NCBI GenBank assembly: GCA_004431415.1
Contig: QPMI01000428.1
Location: forward strand, 62,001 to 126,000
Length of the DNA stretch: 64,000 nucleotides
Direction of reading: 5' to 3'
Source of the DNA: Cyanophora paradoxa CCMP329
Lineage: Eukaryota; Plantae; Glaucophyta
A program made the translations under genes and the position numbers. Below the pieces are notes generated by a model, which saw only the letters and a program-made list of their open reading frames with translations, made no database searches and was not told where the DNA came from. Each line of letters opens with the position of its first letter. The first letter of the stretch is position 1. Shown in pieces: positions 1-12,000 of this stretch.

Positions 1-286
1 TACTTTGCGCCGATTGCGAATACCGCCTAACGGAATCAAAGCAGCTCCCTCTGGAACATCTGGAACGATGACCTCCATCTGCGCAGCGAGCTGCTTGTCT
101 GCGACTTTTTCGTTACATTTACAGTTTGCATTATCTTTAAGACTTAAAAGTCGCGCTAATTTGTCTTAAAAGGATTTATGTCTCTTATTATTGAGAGACA
201 AACCGAACAATGACTTCTGCAATTACTGCGGATTGCGTTGCGGTTAAACGTGGCCGTGGGCGACCCCTAAGGTTCGTCTTTTAACA

Positions 287-553
287 ATGGAGCCTTATCA
301 GCCGAAGAAGAAGGGGCCTAAACCGATGGAGGTCACCCCGGAGATTTTAGCAGAGCGACGCAGAAAGAATGCTGAACGCAATCGCAAACTGCGCCACACG
401 AACGAAACATACCGTTTGAAACAGCTTGCCATCACAGCGAAGTATCGAGCTGAGAATCCTGATAGGATCCGGGAGTACCACAGGAATGCTATTGCGCGTA
501 GATGCCTCGCGAAGAGCGGAGCTTCTGTAGAGCTCGAGGTGATGCAGCTTTAG
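287..553 (+). CDS. Small basic hypothetical protein of the Polinton-like element
   Basis: 88-aa intronless K/R-rich ORF after an AT-rich intergenic region. It overlaps the 3' end of the integrase ORF antisense. Confidence 0.45.
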   Translation: MEPYQPKKKGPKPMEVTPEILAERRRKNAERNRKLRHTNETYRLKQLAITAKYRAENPDRIREYHRNAIARRCLAKSGASVELEVMQL

Positions 554-1438
554 CACCTGCTCGTAGCTTTGGCTCCCTGCAATCTCAAGCTTCTTGAGCT
601 CTCGATACTGCCGGCTTTGACCGCTGTATTTTTTTGTTTCGATCAAACCCTCACGTCTCAATCGTCTCTGCTGTCGCATTTGCACTTCTTCTTTTTCGAT
701 TCGTGTTTGAGGTGCAAGCTCACGCGGTTGACGTATTTCCGATGGTTTAACACGTCTAGAAATTTCCACACCCTGTTTTGTAACGAGTCGAACACGGTTC
801 TTGTCTGCGCCAGCAACTATGTACGTCTCCTTGCTTGGCTTTGTGGTTCCCTTCGCAAAAACGCTTGGCTTCGGCTCCAGGACTTGCACTTCGGTCCCTG
901 TGCGCGGTATGTTCGAATTGTCTCGTTCAATATCGTTCTGTCGCTGTCTAACTTGATGCAGCTGCTCGGCTACCTGTGTATTTTCCCGCATCCACTTTGG
1001 TGAGTGCTCCCCGCCGAAAGAGCTGTGGGCTGTTTCATTGTACGCCTTGACAATTGCCGGCAAACGTGAGAGGAAATGCGGGGAGCCACGAGCTTCTGTA
1101 TCAGTCTGAATCAGTGCTCGCAATGTCCTCGCGAACCTGTCGATAATTCCCAGCTTGGAGCCTTTTGAAATGTGATCATCCTTAGCCACATCAGTGTGCA
1201 TTTTCAACGAGTTCTCTTCAGCCATTTCCCGAATTGCTGCTGTGTTGAAGCCGTTGTCTCCTGAAAAGCCCCATATTCCAGGTAGCTGCTCGATCATTTT
1301 TGGAAGCTGCTTAAAAGTCTCGAGCTTACGGACCACAGCGAAACGGGTTGCAATCTCGACCGCTGCGAACAGGCGAAATCTCCCAATGAACAGCACGTCA
1401 ATTTGCCACGCACCGGGTGGCGCAGTAATCTGGTACAT
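347..1438 (-). CDS. RVE (retroviral-like) integrase of Polinton type
   Basis: Motifs WQIDVLF, FSGDNGF, KLGIIDRFARTLR and AYNETAHSSFG match the Maverick/PLV integrase core. The ATG lies 9 nt after the pPolB stop. The true C-terminus is uncertain. Confidence 0.85.
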   Translation of the reverse strand: MYQITAPPGAWQIDVLFIGRFRLFAAVEIATRFAVVRKLETFKQLPKMIEQLPGIWGFSGDNGFNTAAIREMAEENSLKMHTDVAKDDHISKGSKLGIIDRFARTLRALIQTDTEARGSPHFLSRLPAIVKAYNETAHSSFGGEHSPKWMRENTQVAEQLHQVRQRQNDIERDNSNIPRTGTEVQVLEPKPSVFAKGTTKPSKETYIVAGADKNRVRLVTKQGVEISRRVKPSEIRQPRELAPQTRIEKEEVQMRQQRRLRREGLIETKKYSGQSRQYRELKKLEIAGSQSYEQVLKLHHLELYRSSALREASTRNSIPVVLPDPIRILSSILRCDGKLFQTVCFVRVAQFAIAFSILSASLC

Positions 1439-1447
1439 CTTTGTAAA

Positions 1448-4400
1448 TCAGGCGCGATTTTTATAATGTCCAATCGCTCGGGTGTTGATCCCGTCAGTCT
1501 CGAGGAAGCGTTTGGTATCAAGGGGATGTAGAGCCTGACGCGAGGTTCGTTGTAAATAAATCTCATGTAGTTTCGAGCGGAAACCGAGAATTCCTTTGAT
1601 GTCATACGATTGCTTTTCTCCTCTTTAGGGCAGACGCACCGGAAGAATACATCCCTTGTGAGTCTGTTGTAGTACGTCTTTTGAATACCCTTGCATACCT
1701 GCTTGTCCGTGGAATCTTCACGCGAATAATAGTAAGATTTCGGCCGGTTAGCGATCCACTCTGTCATTTGCAGACCATGGAGCTCATCCTTGAATAATCC
1801 CGGAGTTTTCCCCATCGATCGTAGAGCTCGAACCTCATCGGCTGTCATGCCATCGAAGAATCGATGTGTCTCTGGGTAGTCGCTAACATCCAGCTCATGC
1901 TTGATTGAGCGTAAATCAGCATAGATATCTTTGGTGCGAACCTCGATGATGAGACTGTCAGTATCCGTACCTAATAGTGTCAGCCGCTGGCCCAAAGCAG
2001 CTTGAGCACCTGGTAGTAAAAGCGGTACATGTGCAGCTTGGAAAGTTCGAGGATGACGAACCCGCAGTAGATAGGTTTGTTCAGATTGTACTCACTTTTG
2101 CGCTTGGAAACGAATACAAGGTTCTCTTCGTACATCACCACCTGCTTCAACCGATTTGGTTCGCTGTTGATCTTCACCAGACGGTCTCCCGAAGTCACAA
2201 GCTCTGAAAGCAGTGCTTTCTCACGTTCTCCATTGTTTTGCCAAAGACACTGTTGTTCATCAACTTGTAAAGGTCCTTCTGGTATGTGAACTGCGATTCT
2301 TTACGTTTTTGAGTATTGAGATCTATGAAACGCCCTAGCCATGCGCTTTGTTCGTACGATAGGATCCGATGGATGTTGGTTACTATCATTCCCAGTGACG
2401 TATAGAGCTGAAGCAAGCGTCCATCAACAACATAATTCTTTTTTGGAAGCAGATTTGGAACGAGCTTTGGAGTTCGTTCAACTGAGGTAAGCTTCTCGTC
2501 GTTAATCATATCCTGTTGTCGCTTTGATAGGTGTTCCTTGGACACACACATCCGTTCAGGGGCCAGCGGATAGTCTGAGAACTCGTCATGGAGATGCTCA
2601 GGCATGTACATATCGACTTCGAGAGCATAGCCACGAGCTCCATCCGCGTCAAGGCTTGCAACGTACTGCATTACATCAACGTCTTGATCTAGTTTATCCC
2701 AGCGGAAATCTCCTGTGGGTAGCTTGCGCTTCATTGCGACGCCGTACAAGTTGTTTGCATCGAGGTACATGAGCCACGATTCCTTGTGTGTTCGGTAGTA
2801 GTTAGAAATGCATGTAGACTGTGAGACTGTAGGCTCAACAGCGTGGGTGTACTTGTTGAACTTTATGCTCAAATATTTGTTCTCAGCTCGTGCGTAGCGT
2901 TTTGAGATCATTGAGATTCCGCCCCTGATCCCGGATTCTATAAATCTGTGCATATCCTGCTGCCCCTCGTGAAAGAGCTCGAGCTTCACTCCAGTGTGCT
3001 TAAGTGCTGCCTGCCAAGCAAATCCCGGCGATGACATAAAATAGCTAGGATCTAGGCCATACGTTTCAATACACGTATCACGATAGTTTTCAAACACGTC
3101 AGCTAGTAACGCGATATCTGTCATCATATACTCCATTGTATAGCCTGATAGCGTTCTGCAGCCGAGCTCTCGCCAAACAGCCTTCGCATGTGCGTACTCA
3201 TCTTTCGTGCATTTCTTCTGTTTAAGCTGATTTTTGAAATAACGACGTGCAGGCAGTTTAGACTCCTGAAAGCGAGCCCAGCTCGTCATGTAGTCATAAG
3301 GGTAAATCCCTTTGCTAGTCATCAGCTTGAACCGAGTCTCGTCCAGATACAGCGAGCGCGTGATCTTCTTCTTCTCCGCGGGCAGAGCCTTTGCAAGGTC
3401 GTCCAAGCTCGCATTCAAGTGCTGAGCCGAGTCCGTAGAACGTAAATTCCATACTTGAACTGCGAAATTCGCTCGCTATTCTGGAAGACCTGATCGAATT
3501 TTATCGAAAGGAGACTCTGCGGGCGGAGCCGGCGTTCGAGCCCTTCTTCGCCTTCTTTTTCTGCTCTGGGGTCATCTCACGCCCACCGTACTTGCTTTCA
3601 AACTCGCTTTCGACATGCGCTTGAAACTCCTTCCAAGCTGCTAAACGACGGTTATAGCCAGATGCTAGAGCACGTACGAGCAGGTGGAAGTCAAATCCTC
3701 GACCGTTGTGCCAGAATAATGGAACAGCAGCTGATTTCGCGCGGCGTCGATTGCAAGCTCTGCAGGCAGCCCCGAAATATCGGCCAGATTCGTGGCAGTG
3801 ATCACGGTGCTTGTCTTTCGCATCCTTGAACGTGTTCTTGCACATGTAGCACTCGGTCGTCGTTTGAAAACGCTGCTCCTCTTCCTGAGTAATCTGGATT
3901 GGTGCAGTCTCTCGCAAAAGCTCTCGGAATTGTGGTTCCATTTCGTCCAACCATTGCACGAACTTCTCAGTGCAGTCCTCGCTCTCCGAACCCATGTATT
4001 TGAAACAAAACTGTTCACCTTTTGAAGATACAACCAGACAGCCGACTGAAGCAATCACATGCACACCTTTCTTTTCGGTCTTTCCACTAATGCAGGGAAT
4101 TGGCATTGTAATCGTCTCTGAATCAGCATATCCGACCAGACGTTGCCGGATTGAGTACTCAAAGTTAATAAACTTCTGGATATGTGCTCCTTTCTCCGGC
4201 AGAACATCTCTTGCGTGTTCATCCCGATCAAGGCAACGGTCATATTTCAGATGATTTTCAAATGCTTGATCTGAGCTAAAACCGACCTGGCAGGCTAAGC
4301 AATAGTGCTTTGCATTTGATTCGTTCTTTCGGAACAGTCGTGAGACGCTCTTAATCCAGAGGTAATGCCCGACATCGTTTCCCTCCCCAGCCGGCACATA

Positions 4401-5501
4401 CAGTATTGGGATTGCGTCTCTCGCAGCACTGATATGGATTGGTATGATATCCTGCTTATCTAGAGCAGTTGTATAAACGCAGAGCTTGACGTTATTTGCT
4501 TGCTCGAATTTGGTGAACATCCTCGAGTCAAGCGGGGTCGGATATGTAAGCATTGAGCAGTCCAGCGATGTCTCGTGCTGGCGGTAGTTCCCTGCATGCC
4601 GAGAATCAACACCTTCGCCCAATGGATTGCGAGCAGCAAGGACTGCGTATTTAAAGCACTCGTTGTTCGGTGCATTTATATTGATAAGCGCGTGCTTGTC
4701 TGAGAGCCACTTTGGCAGTACAAAGCCTCGGCCACGGCCACCAATCCTGCGGAAATAGCGCACAGTTTTAAAGACCAGATACACCCACGTGTCAAATACT
4801 GAGGAATCCCTGCTTTTCTCTGCCGAGATCATGTCTAATTCTTCGAGCTGTGAACGCAAGGCCGCCTCAATGCTTGTCCCTGGCTCGATGCGATCGAAAC
4901 GACGATGTTCAATAACGATAGCGATCGTAGAATCTGTCTCTGGCTTTCTGTAGACACCCAATCCAGAGATTTGTAGTGCAATGCCCATTCTTACCGCCTC
5001 TGCAAGATTTACCTGGGCGCTTACGAATGATATAGCATTCTGTTTGAACTGCTCAGAATTCTCGAAGCGAGCTTGCATTGATGTTACGCGGCCAGAACCG
5101 CGAGGCAATTGGTATTTCCACTCCGCATATCGCCCGTCAAGCGCTGTTGTAGTATTTCCGTCATTGATTTGAACATCATTTCCACCGTCATCCTCAGGCA
5201 GCTCGGCAAAGCCACGGACGATCTCTGCCTGCACCTCTGCGATCGCCAGCTCTAGTCGACGACCTGACACAGGACGCGCTGGCCTAGGAAGTCTTGCAAG
5301 TTCGTTCAAAAGTGAAGCGTACTTTTCCAAAGTTGCAAACCGTGTTCTCGACCCTTGTGCTGAAATTCTAATCAATTTATTTTTGAAAGCTCCATGTATG
5401 ACGCGTCGATTATACAATGAAATCGCGAGCGCTTCGATCTGGTCTTTGATTCTGGCCAACCGGAAGCGCCGAGTCGCTGCATTATTTTGGGTAACGTCCA
5501 T
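1448..5501 (-). pseudogene. Protein-primed family B DNA polymerase (pPolB), split by about 5 frameshifts (real decay or assembly indels)
   Basis: Motifs run in order across ORFs 3501-5501, 2195-3418, 1980-2198 and 1294-1995: YADSET, WHNGRGFDFH, KGIYPYDYM, YLDANNLYG, YKLMNNSVFGKTMENVRK, GTDTDS, KGIQK. The C-terminus LDTKRFLETDGINTRAIGHYKNRA* ends at 1448. An endonuclease VII-like insert (CYMC...HRDHCHESG...ACRACN) is present. Confidence 0.92.
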
Positions 5502-5879
5502 TGGAAGTATATATCACAATTTTTTTGCTTGTTCCAAACGCAACTTCACATAGCAATATTGGAAAGGGATCTCTTTAAGACAAAATAAGAGAAACCTCAA
5601 TTGCGGTGACCCTTTGGTGATTCAAAGACCGGCGCTATCATCCACACAGTATTATTGACTAACTAGAACCTAAACTCGCATATGCAATCAGCTTCGATTA
5701 TATAGTTTTATCGTCTAGCTAGAACCTGGAAACCTCTCCGCTATTTAGATAGGAAGAACACAGTATTAACGCCTAGCTGCTGATTAAGCTATCTCTGCAG
5801 ACCGTCGCGTTGGGGGCCCGTCTCAAATCACTGCTATATCTTTTGCAAGATCGATTGGAGTAGACGTTAGATACTACCT

Positions 5880-6050
5880 AGTGGTTGCTGGATGGAAGGG
5901 GAGGTAGACCAGAGGGAGAGAAGGGCGGTAGACGTAGCGGAAGGGTTGGCGAGAGTGATGGCTGGGAAGACGCTGGATTGGGTGGGTTGGGGTGGGTTCG
6001 GAGAGGTGAGGGTGGTGAAGAGGGGTGGGCCACAGAATCAGGTCCTCTCT
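5880..6050. repeat. Putative terminal (inverted) repeat of the Polinton-like element, G-rich with a G-quadruplex motif
   Basis: Purine-rich strand with GGGTGGGTTGGGGTGGG at 5980-5996, ending in CTCTCT (Polinton termini are 5'-AG...CT-3'). The partner repeat is not in the window. Confidence 0.45.
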
Positions 6051-9000
6051 CATTTTTTCACGTCTGGAGGCTTCGCCGTCCCTGCCGACGTCACCTTCAA
6101 CGCCTCAAGTGTGCTCTTGACATTCACGACAGACGGTAATTCGACTTCTTTTGCCTCGCGCGCGTGTTCCCGAAAATGACACCGAATCCCCGCAAGAGTT
6201 CGAATCCTCGGGACAGTCCGAAAGGGGATTCCGCCTCCGCTGGACGGCGTGCAGCGTGCTGAGGGAATCAAGTGGGGTGATCAGCCTGCGGAATCCATCG
6301 GATACCAAAGATGGGTACCGCGACTGGCTCATCCAGCCCGGCACCGGACCCAACGTCGTCCGCTTCGAGGGCACGGTGCTGGATCCCGCGAGCGACCTCC
6401 TGCGGGTGTACGATGGCGGCGACCAGTCGGCGGCGCTCATCTTGGAGACGAGGGGCCCCGCCGTGCCGCCGCGCCTCGTCGCTCGAACCGCCGTCTTCAT
6501 CGCATTCACCTGCAACGCCTCGGCCTTGAACGCCAGCGCCGTGGCGGCCGCCGCCTGGGGCTTCTCCCTCGCCTGGGCAGCAGCTCCAGACGCCAATGTC
6601 GTGCGCCCTCCCGCTCCCGGCCGCGGCTACGGCAACCTCGGGCTCATACCCCACCGCAGCTTGTCATGACGGACTTCTCCGTCAAGGGCATGATTAGCAG
6701 CAGCTTGCAGGTGCGACGTTGCCGGCCCTGAATCCACAGTCGCTGAGCGCGGGCCGTTTCGCAGCTGATGGGTCGGAGTGCGCTGGTGAACCAGCGCCTG
6801 GAGCTCACGAACGTGGACGTCGTCCGCAACGGCTCCAATGCCGCCGTCGTTACCCTCCCGCCCCCGACTTTCTTCCGCGCCACTTTCGAGGTTCTGCTCG
6901 GAGGCGGGCCTATTCAGGCGTCCGGCCTGACAGGAGGAAAGCTGCCGTCCGGCTTCCGTACGGACGTGGACATTGCGGGCGGGGAGGGCTGCTCCTTTTC
7001 CCTGGGCAATCCCGCGCTGGCCGACCCCCTCAAAGCGGGCACGGGCTTCCGCGGCGAGCTTGGCGCCAACGACGGCCTCGCACTGGTCCTGGTGACGCAC
7101 CTCTCTAACGAATTCATGTACAACAAATCCGTGGATCCCGAGTACGCTCCCGCCATCGGCATCCGCTTCCGAGGGCGCTGGGTTGCTCTGGTTCCGGACT
7201 CGTCGCTGAGGGACAAGGTGCTCTTCCGCACCTTCTCCGTGACGGTCCGCCCCGCGGGGAACCACATCCCTCGGGGCCCTCGTGTCCGTCGAGAAGAACA
7301 ACGCGGTCATTCTCCGCGACGTGCTTGTACCCGACTACCTCGTGTCGACGGAGAAGCGGTACGTCGACCCGACGTGGCGAGCATACCTGGCTGCCCGCAT
7401 GTACTCCGGCTTTGACCGAATGTACGGCAAGATGGTGCGATCTGCTGAGTCGGCTGCATGATCATGACGCTGCGAGCTGGCTAATGGAGCCCGCAGCTCA
7501 TTCACGCCGACAACACTTTTCTGAGACAGCTTTCGATCCTTCGAATCGGCGCAATCGCCTCCGCGACACCTCGCTACGGGCCGCGAGAGGGCGGCAACAT
7601 TGTTACAATTCGCGGAACTGCACTTGCCCACATCTCCGGCGAGGACATTATTCAGGTCTGCATTTGTACACTGTCTGTATGGCACGCGCGCCCAGTACTC
7701 AGGTCGGCCGCTGCACAGGTCCAACTTTCGGGGATCAATGTGGCGCGCATCCTGAACAAGTCAGACACTGTGATCGTTGCCGAGGCGGGAGCCTACACCC
7801 GCGAGGGCGAGTCCGAAGATTGGACCAACATTCGCATCTCCAGCCGCTTCTTCGGCGAGTCCGTCCTACTCAACGGGTACCTGTACAACCCCGAAATGGC
7901 ACGCCACCGTTGGTTTGCAGTACTAGTCTTGTCCTGACACCGACCACAGACGATAGTCTCCATTGAGCCCCGCGACGGGCCGGCCAACGGCACCATCCCT
8001 AACTCTCTGGTCCAGATCACCGTCTTCAATCTCGGCACAGACCGAGACGTTGTCAAGGTTTGGTTTGGAGACGCCGAAGCCGTCATTCTGCACGGCGAGA
8101 ATGAGCAGACGAACAACCACATCCGCGTCGCCACGCCTCCTCAAGTCCCGGGGGTCGTATCGGTCTCGATCTTCTCCATCAGCCGAGGCCACGCCGTGCT
8201 CAACGCCAGTTACACATACAACGAGGCTCCCGCAATCACCGGCTTCGGGCCCCTGGCCATTCCCCGTGGGCCCGTTTTCGGAGGGCACACCTTCACAATA
8301 TTCGGGAGGCGGTTGTTAGACGTCGGCGATTTGGAGGACCTCGCGACGGTCCGGATTTGCAACGAGACTCTCCCTGCCGGGTCCTACGCGTTCCAGCCCG
8401 ACGGGAGCATCGTAGCGACCACGCCAGAGCAGGACGCGCCGCGACCGTCTGGGCTCTGCGACGTCGAGACCTGCTCGCGCCGCTACGGATGCGCCGTCGC
8501 GCCTCAAGCGTACAGTTTTGAGATGCCCGGTGTCATCGTCCGGGTCAGCCCGGCCTACGGCAGCTCCCTTGCTGGTCAGCGCATCACTGTCACGGGACAC
8601 TCGCTCGTCGATCCCGCGCGCAACCTGAGCGACTTCGCTTGCCCGCCGGCGCCTCGCTTCCCAACCTTCTGCCACCCTGTGGTCTTCAGCAACGACGCGA
8701 CGACTCTGGCGGTTGACGTCACCTCGATCGAGATTGTTTCGTCCTCGGAAATCGTTGTCGTGACTCCGCCCAACATCGATGGCGTCTTCGCGCTGCGGGT
8801 GCAGACTCTCAGCCGCGGGCCGTACACGAAGCTGGCGGCCTTCTCGTCGGTCACGCTGGAGAGCATCGAGCCCGCCGAGGGACGCATCGAGGGCGGTGTG
8901 GACGTTACCGTGCGGGGCCGCCTGCCCGTCGCGGAGGACTTCGTCGTCTCTCTCTGCGGAGCGCCACTTCGCATCGTCAGCAAGGCGCTCAACGCAACAG

Positions 9001-12000
9001 AGTCCCTAACGCACGTGGTTGGCGTCACCACAAATGCACGCGCCTGCGGCACCGGGCTGGGTACGCAGGACCCGGAGCCCCCCACCACTTAGGCTTGCTG
9101 CGGCGCGCCAGCTGACTGCACGTGCGCGCGTGCACACGCGCAGTGCCCCTGGCGCTGTTCTTCGACGGGGTACGTGTGGATCTGGGCCCGGACCGCGCCC
9201 CGCTCTTCCTCCTCACGGGCATCGACGTCGTCGGGCCGCGCTTCGGGAGCGTCCACGGCGGGGACCTGGTCGCGCTCACGGGCGCGCGCTTCGTTTCGGG
9301 CCTGCCGGACGTGCAGTGGGTGCGTATCGCCGGCGTGCTCGTCGATCCCGAGGACCTCGTTTCGTGCGACGTCGGTGCCGACCACCGAACAACGCTGCTC
9401 CTCTTCACCGGAAGCGCCTTCGGGAGCGTCGGGTCGGGTCGCGGCGATGTTGTCGTCAGCTCCGCCACCTTTGGCGTGAGCACGTTGCTCGCTGCCTTCA
9501 CCTACAGCGGAGTGGACAGCGTCACGTGCTTCCCGGCCGACTATGCGGGGCCCCTCAACACCGCAGCCGCGCTGGCCAACGCGACGGTCGATGCCTGTGA
9601 TGGGCCGATTTCAGGGGGCACTTTCATGCTCATCTGGGGCTCCCACCTGCTGCACGGCGCCACGCAGACCATACGCGTCTTCGTCGACACCGCGCCGGCA
9701 GAGGTGCTCGGCTGGTCCGAGGCGAACCGTACGACTCTGCAGGCTCTCAGCAGCGCTGCCCCGTTGCCGACGGACCGCGCTGTGGTCTTCGTGGTGCGGA
9801 CGGGCCCGCACAGGGACACGGGCTCCTTCCCCATCGTCGTCAGTTCGGAGGGAAGCTTCGAAATGAGCCGCCCGCCCGTCGACTTCACGTACTGGCAGCC
9901 CCTTGTCTTCCCCACGCTGTCCATCGGTGGCTCGGGAGGCGCCGCCGGGTGCCGCTGGGGCGGCAACGGAGGCCGCGGCGCGATGGACGGCTGCGACTGC
10001 GGAGCGGGCTGCTACGACCCCGACTGCGGGTCGATGCCCGCCGCCGTCGCCTCGGGCGCCGACGGGCGTTACCCCGACGGCAGCCCCGCCTACTGCCCGC
10101 TGGAGCCGCCCGGCGCGGCCGAGGCGGCGGCAGCCGTCTTCGTTGGCCCGGCATCCGTCGCGGCTGCGGTTGCAGGAGAGCCAGCGCGGGTCGGGTCGTA
10201 CAGCTCGCCCGCCAAAAGCCTGGACGCTGCTTTCGAGGCCTTCCAGAAGCAGCGCAACGGGAGCGTCCAGATCGTCCTCCTCCCGGGCCGCGTCGTCGCC
10301 CTGCCCGCCTCCGACGGCAGCAGAGACGGCAAGAACGCCAACATCACCTTCAGCATGCCGGCGGACCTGCCCGCCGGGGCCAACGTGACGTGGCGGGGCC
10401 TCTCGGGGGCGCGCTACAGCGTGGTCGACTCGAGGGGGCGGGGCCGCGTGGTGAGCATCGACCTCGGCGACTTCGCGGGGACTTTCGTCGTGCGCGACCT
10501 CTCGTTCGCCAACGCCCTCTCCGGCGAACGCGAGGGCGGCTCCCTCCTCGTGTTCAGCAGCGCCCCCGTCGGGCGCGCCACCATCCTCGTGGAGCGCGTC
10601 AACTTCACCAGCTGCACGCTCACGCCGGCCGCAGCGGCCGCCGGCGGCGGCGGCGCCCTCGCCGTTCGCAACGTCGCTGAGCTGATCGTCCGCGACTCCG
10701 CTTTTGCGGGCAACTCGTTCAAGCCGAACGCACCGACCGCGGGCGCTCCGCCTGTGGCGGGCGGCGGCTCACTGTACGCGGCCCGCGTGGGGCGCGTGCG
10801 GATCGAGCGCACGAGCTTCTCCGGCGACTGGAGCGCCCTGCACGGCGGCAGCGTCGCCATCGTCGCCGCCACCGACGTCGAGCTCGTCGCCGTCAATTTC
10901 ACCGGCAGCGCCGCCGCCCTCGGTGAGCAAGCGGAAGCCGCTTTTCTAATTATGAGCAGGAATGATGAATTCTCTTTGACATTAAATGACGGCGCTCTCG
11001 TGTGCAGGCTCTGGCGGCTGCGTCTACCTGTCCGGCGTCGCCCGCTCGCTCGCCATTTCTGCCTCCTCCTTTGTCGGATGCTCCTCCGGCGCCGGAGCCG
11101 CCGTTCACGTCGACGGGAGCGCGCCCGACCTCCAGGTGACCGTCGGGTCGAGCGCCTTCGAGGGGTACGCGGGGGCGGGCCTGGCCGTCGCGAACGCCCG
11201 CGACGTCACCCTCTCCTCCCTCTCCTTCGACTCGGACTCGCCCGCCGCCGCCGGCTGCGTCTCCATTCCCGCCCTCGCCGCCTCGCTTTCCGCCTCCGCC
11301 TCCAACTTCTCCCGCTGCGTCGCGGGACCCCTCAGCGGCCCCTCCGCCGCCGCTTTTGCAGTCACCGCCGCCCCGTCCGCCGCGCCCCTCCTCTCCTTCG
11401 ACCGCCTCCGTTTTTCGGACGCAGGCGGCCCGCTCGCCGCCTCGGGCCCCGCCCGCCTCACCCTCGCCCACTCTTTCTTCGACTCCTCCTCCCCCGCTGC
11501 CGCCAGCGCCGGCGGCTGCCTCGTCGTCCGCGACGTCGCCCTCCCCGCCGGCTCCGTCGCCGTCTCCGACACCAACTTCTCCCGCTGCGTGCACCCCAAT
11601 GCGGCTGCACGCTCCGTGGCGGCCGTGCTCGTGGAGGGCTCGGCCTCTGGGGCGGCCGCCTCGAGCTCGGTGCACGTGGCGTTTGAGTGCGTCCGCCTGG
11701 ACGAGCCGGGCGGCCCCATCGAGATCGCACTCGCCGCCAACGTCACTCTCTCGACCGTCTCGGTCGTTAGCGATGGGGGAAGCAGGAGCAGCGCGGGAGG
11801 CCTCCTCCTCCGCCCCATCGCCCGCCGCCTCGCCCTCCGCGACGTCAACTGCACCCGCTGCCTGGCGCGCAGCCGCACGGCGCCCTACAGCTACCCGCAG
11901 GCGGCGCCCGGCGCTCTCTTTGCCGCCGGCCCCGACACCGACGACCCCGCTGCGGCCACGCTTGGTGAAATATTCATTGGCCGTCTTTTGCTATCATTCC

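Larger units (their letters stand above)
1..6050 (-). mobile_element. Polinton/Maverick-like element or endogenous Polinton-like virus (one end; continues left of the window)
   Basis: Intronless block of lower GC than the flanking host genes. pPolB and RVE integrase are adjacent and co-oriented. A G-rich terminal segment ends in ...CTCTCT at 6050, after which host CUB-domain coding sequence starts abruptly. Confidence 0.85.

Noticed and set aside
1-131. Start of a minus-strand element ORF (MEVIVPDVPEGAALIPLGG..., perhaps HNH/AP2-like)
   Set aside because: Truncated by the window edge and too short to assign.
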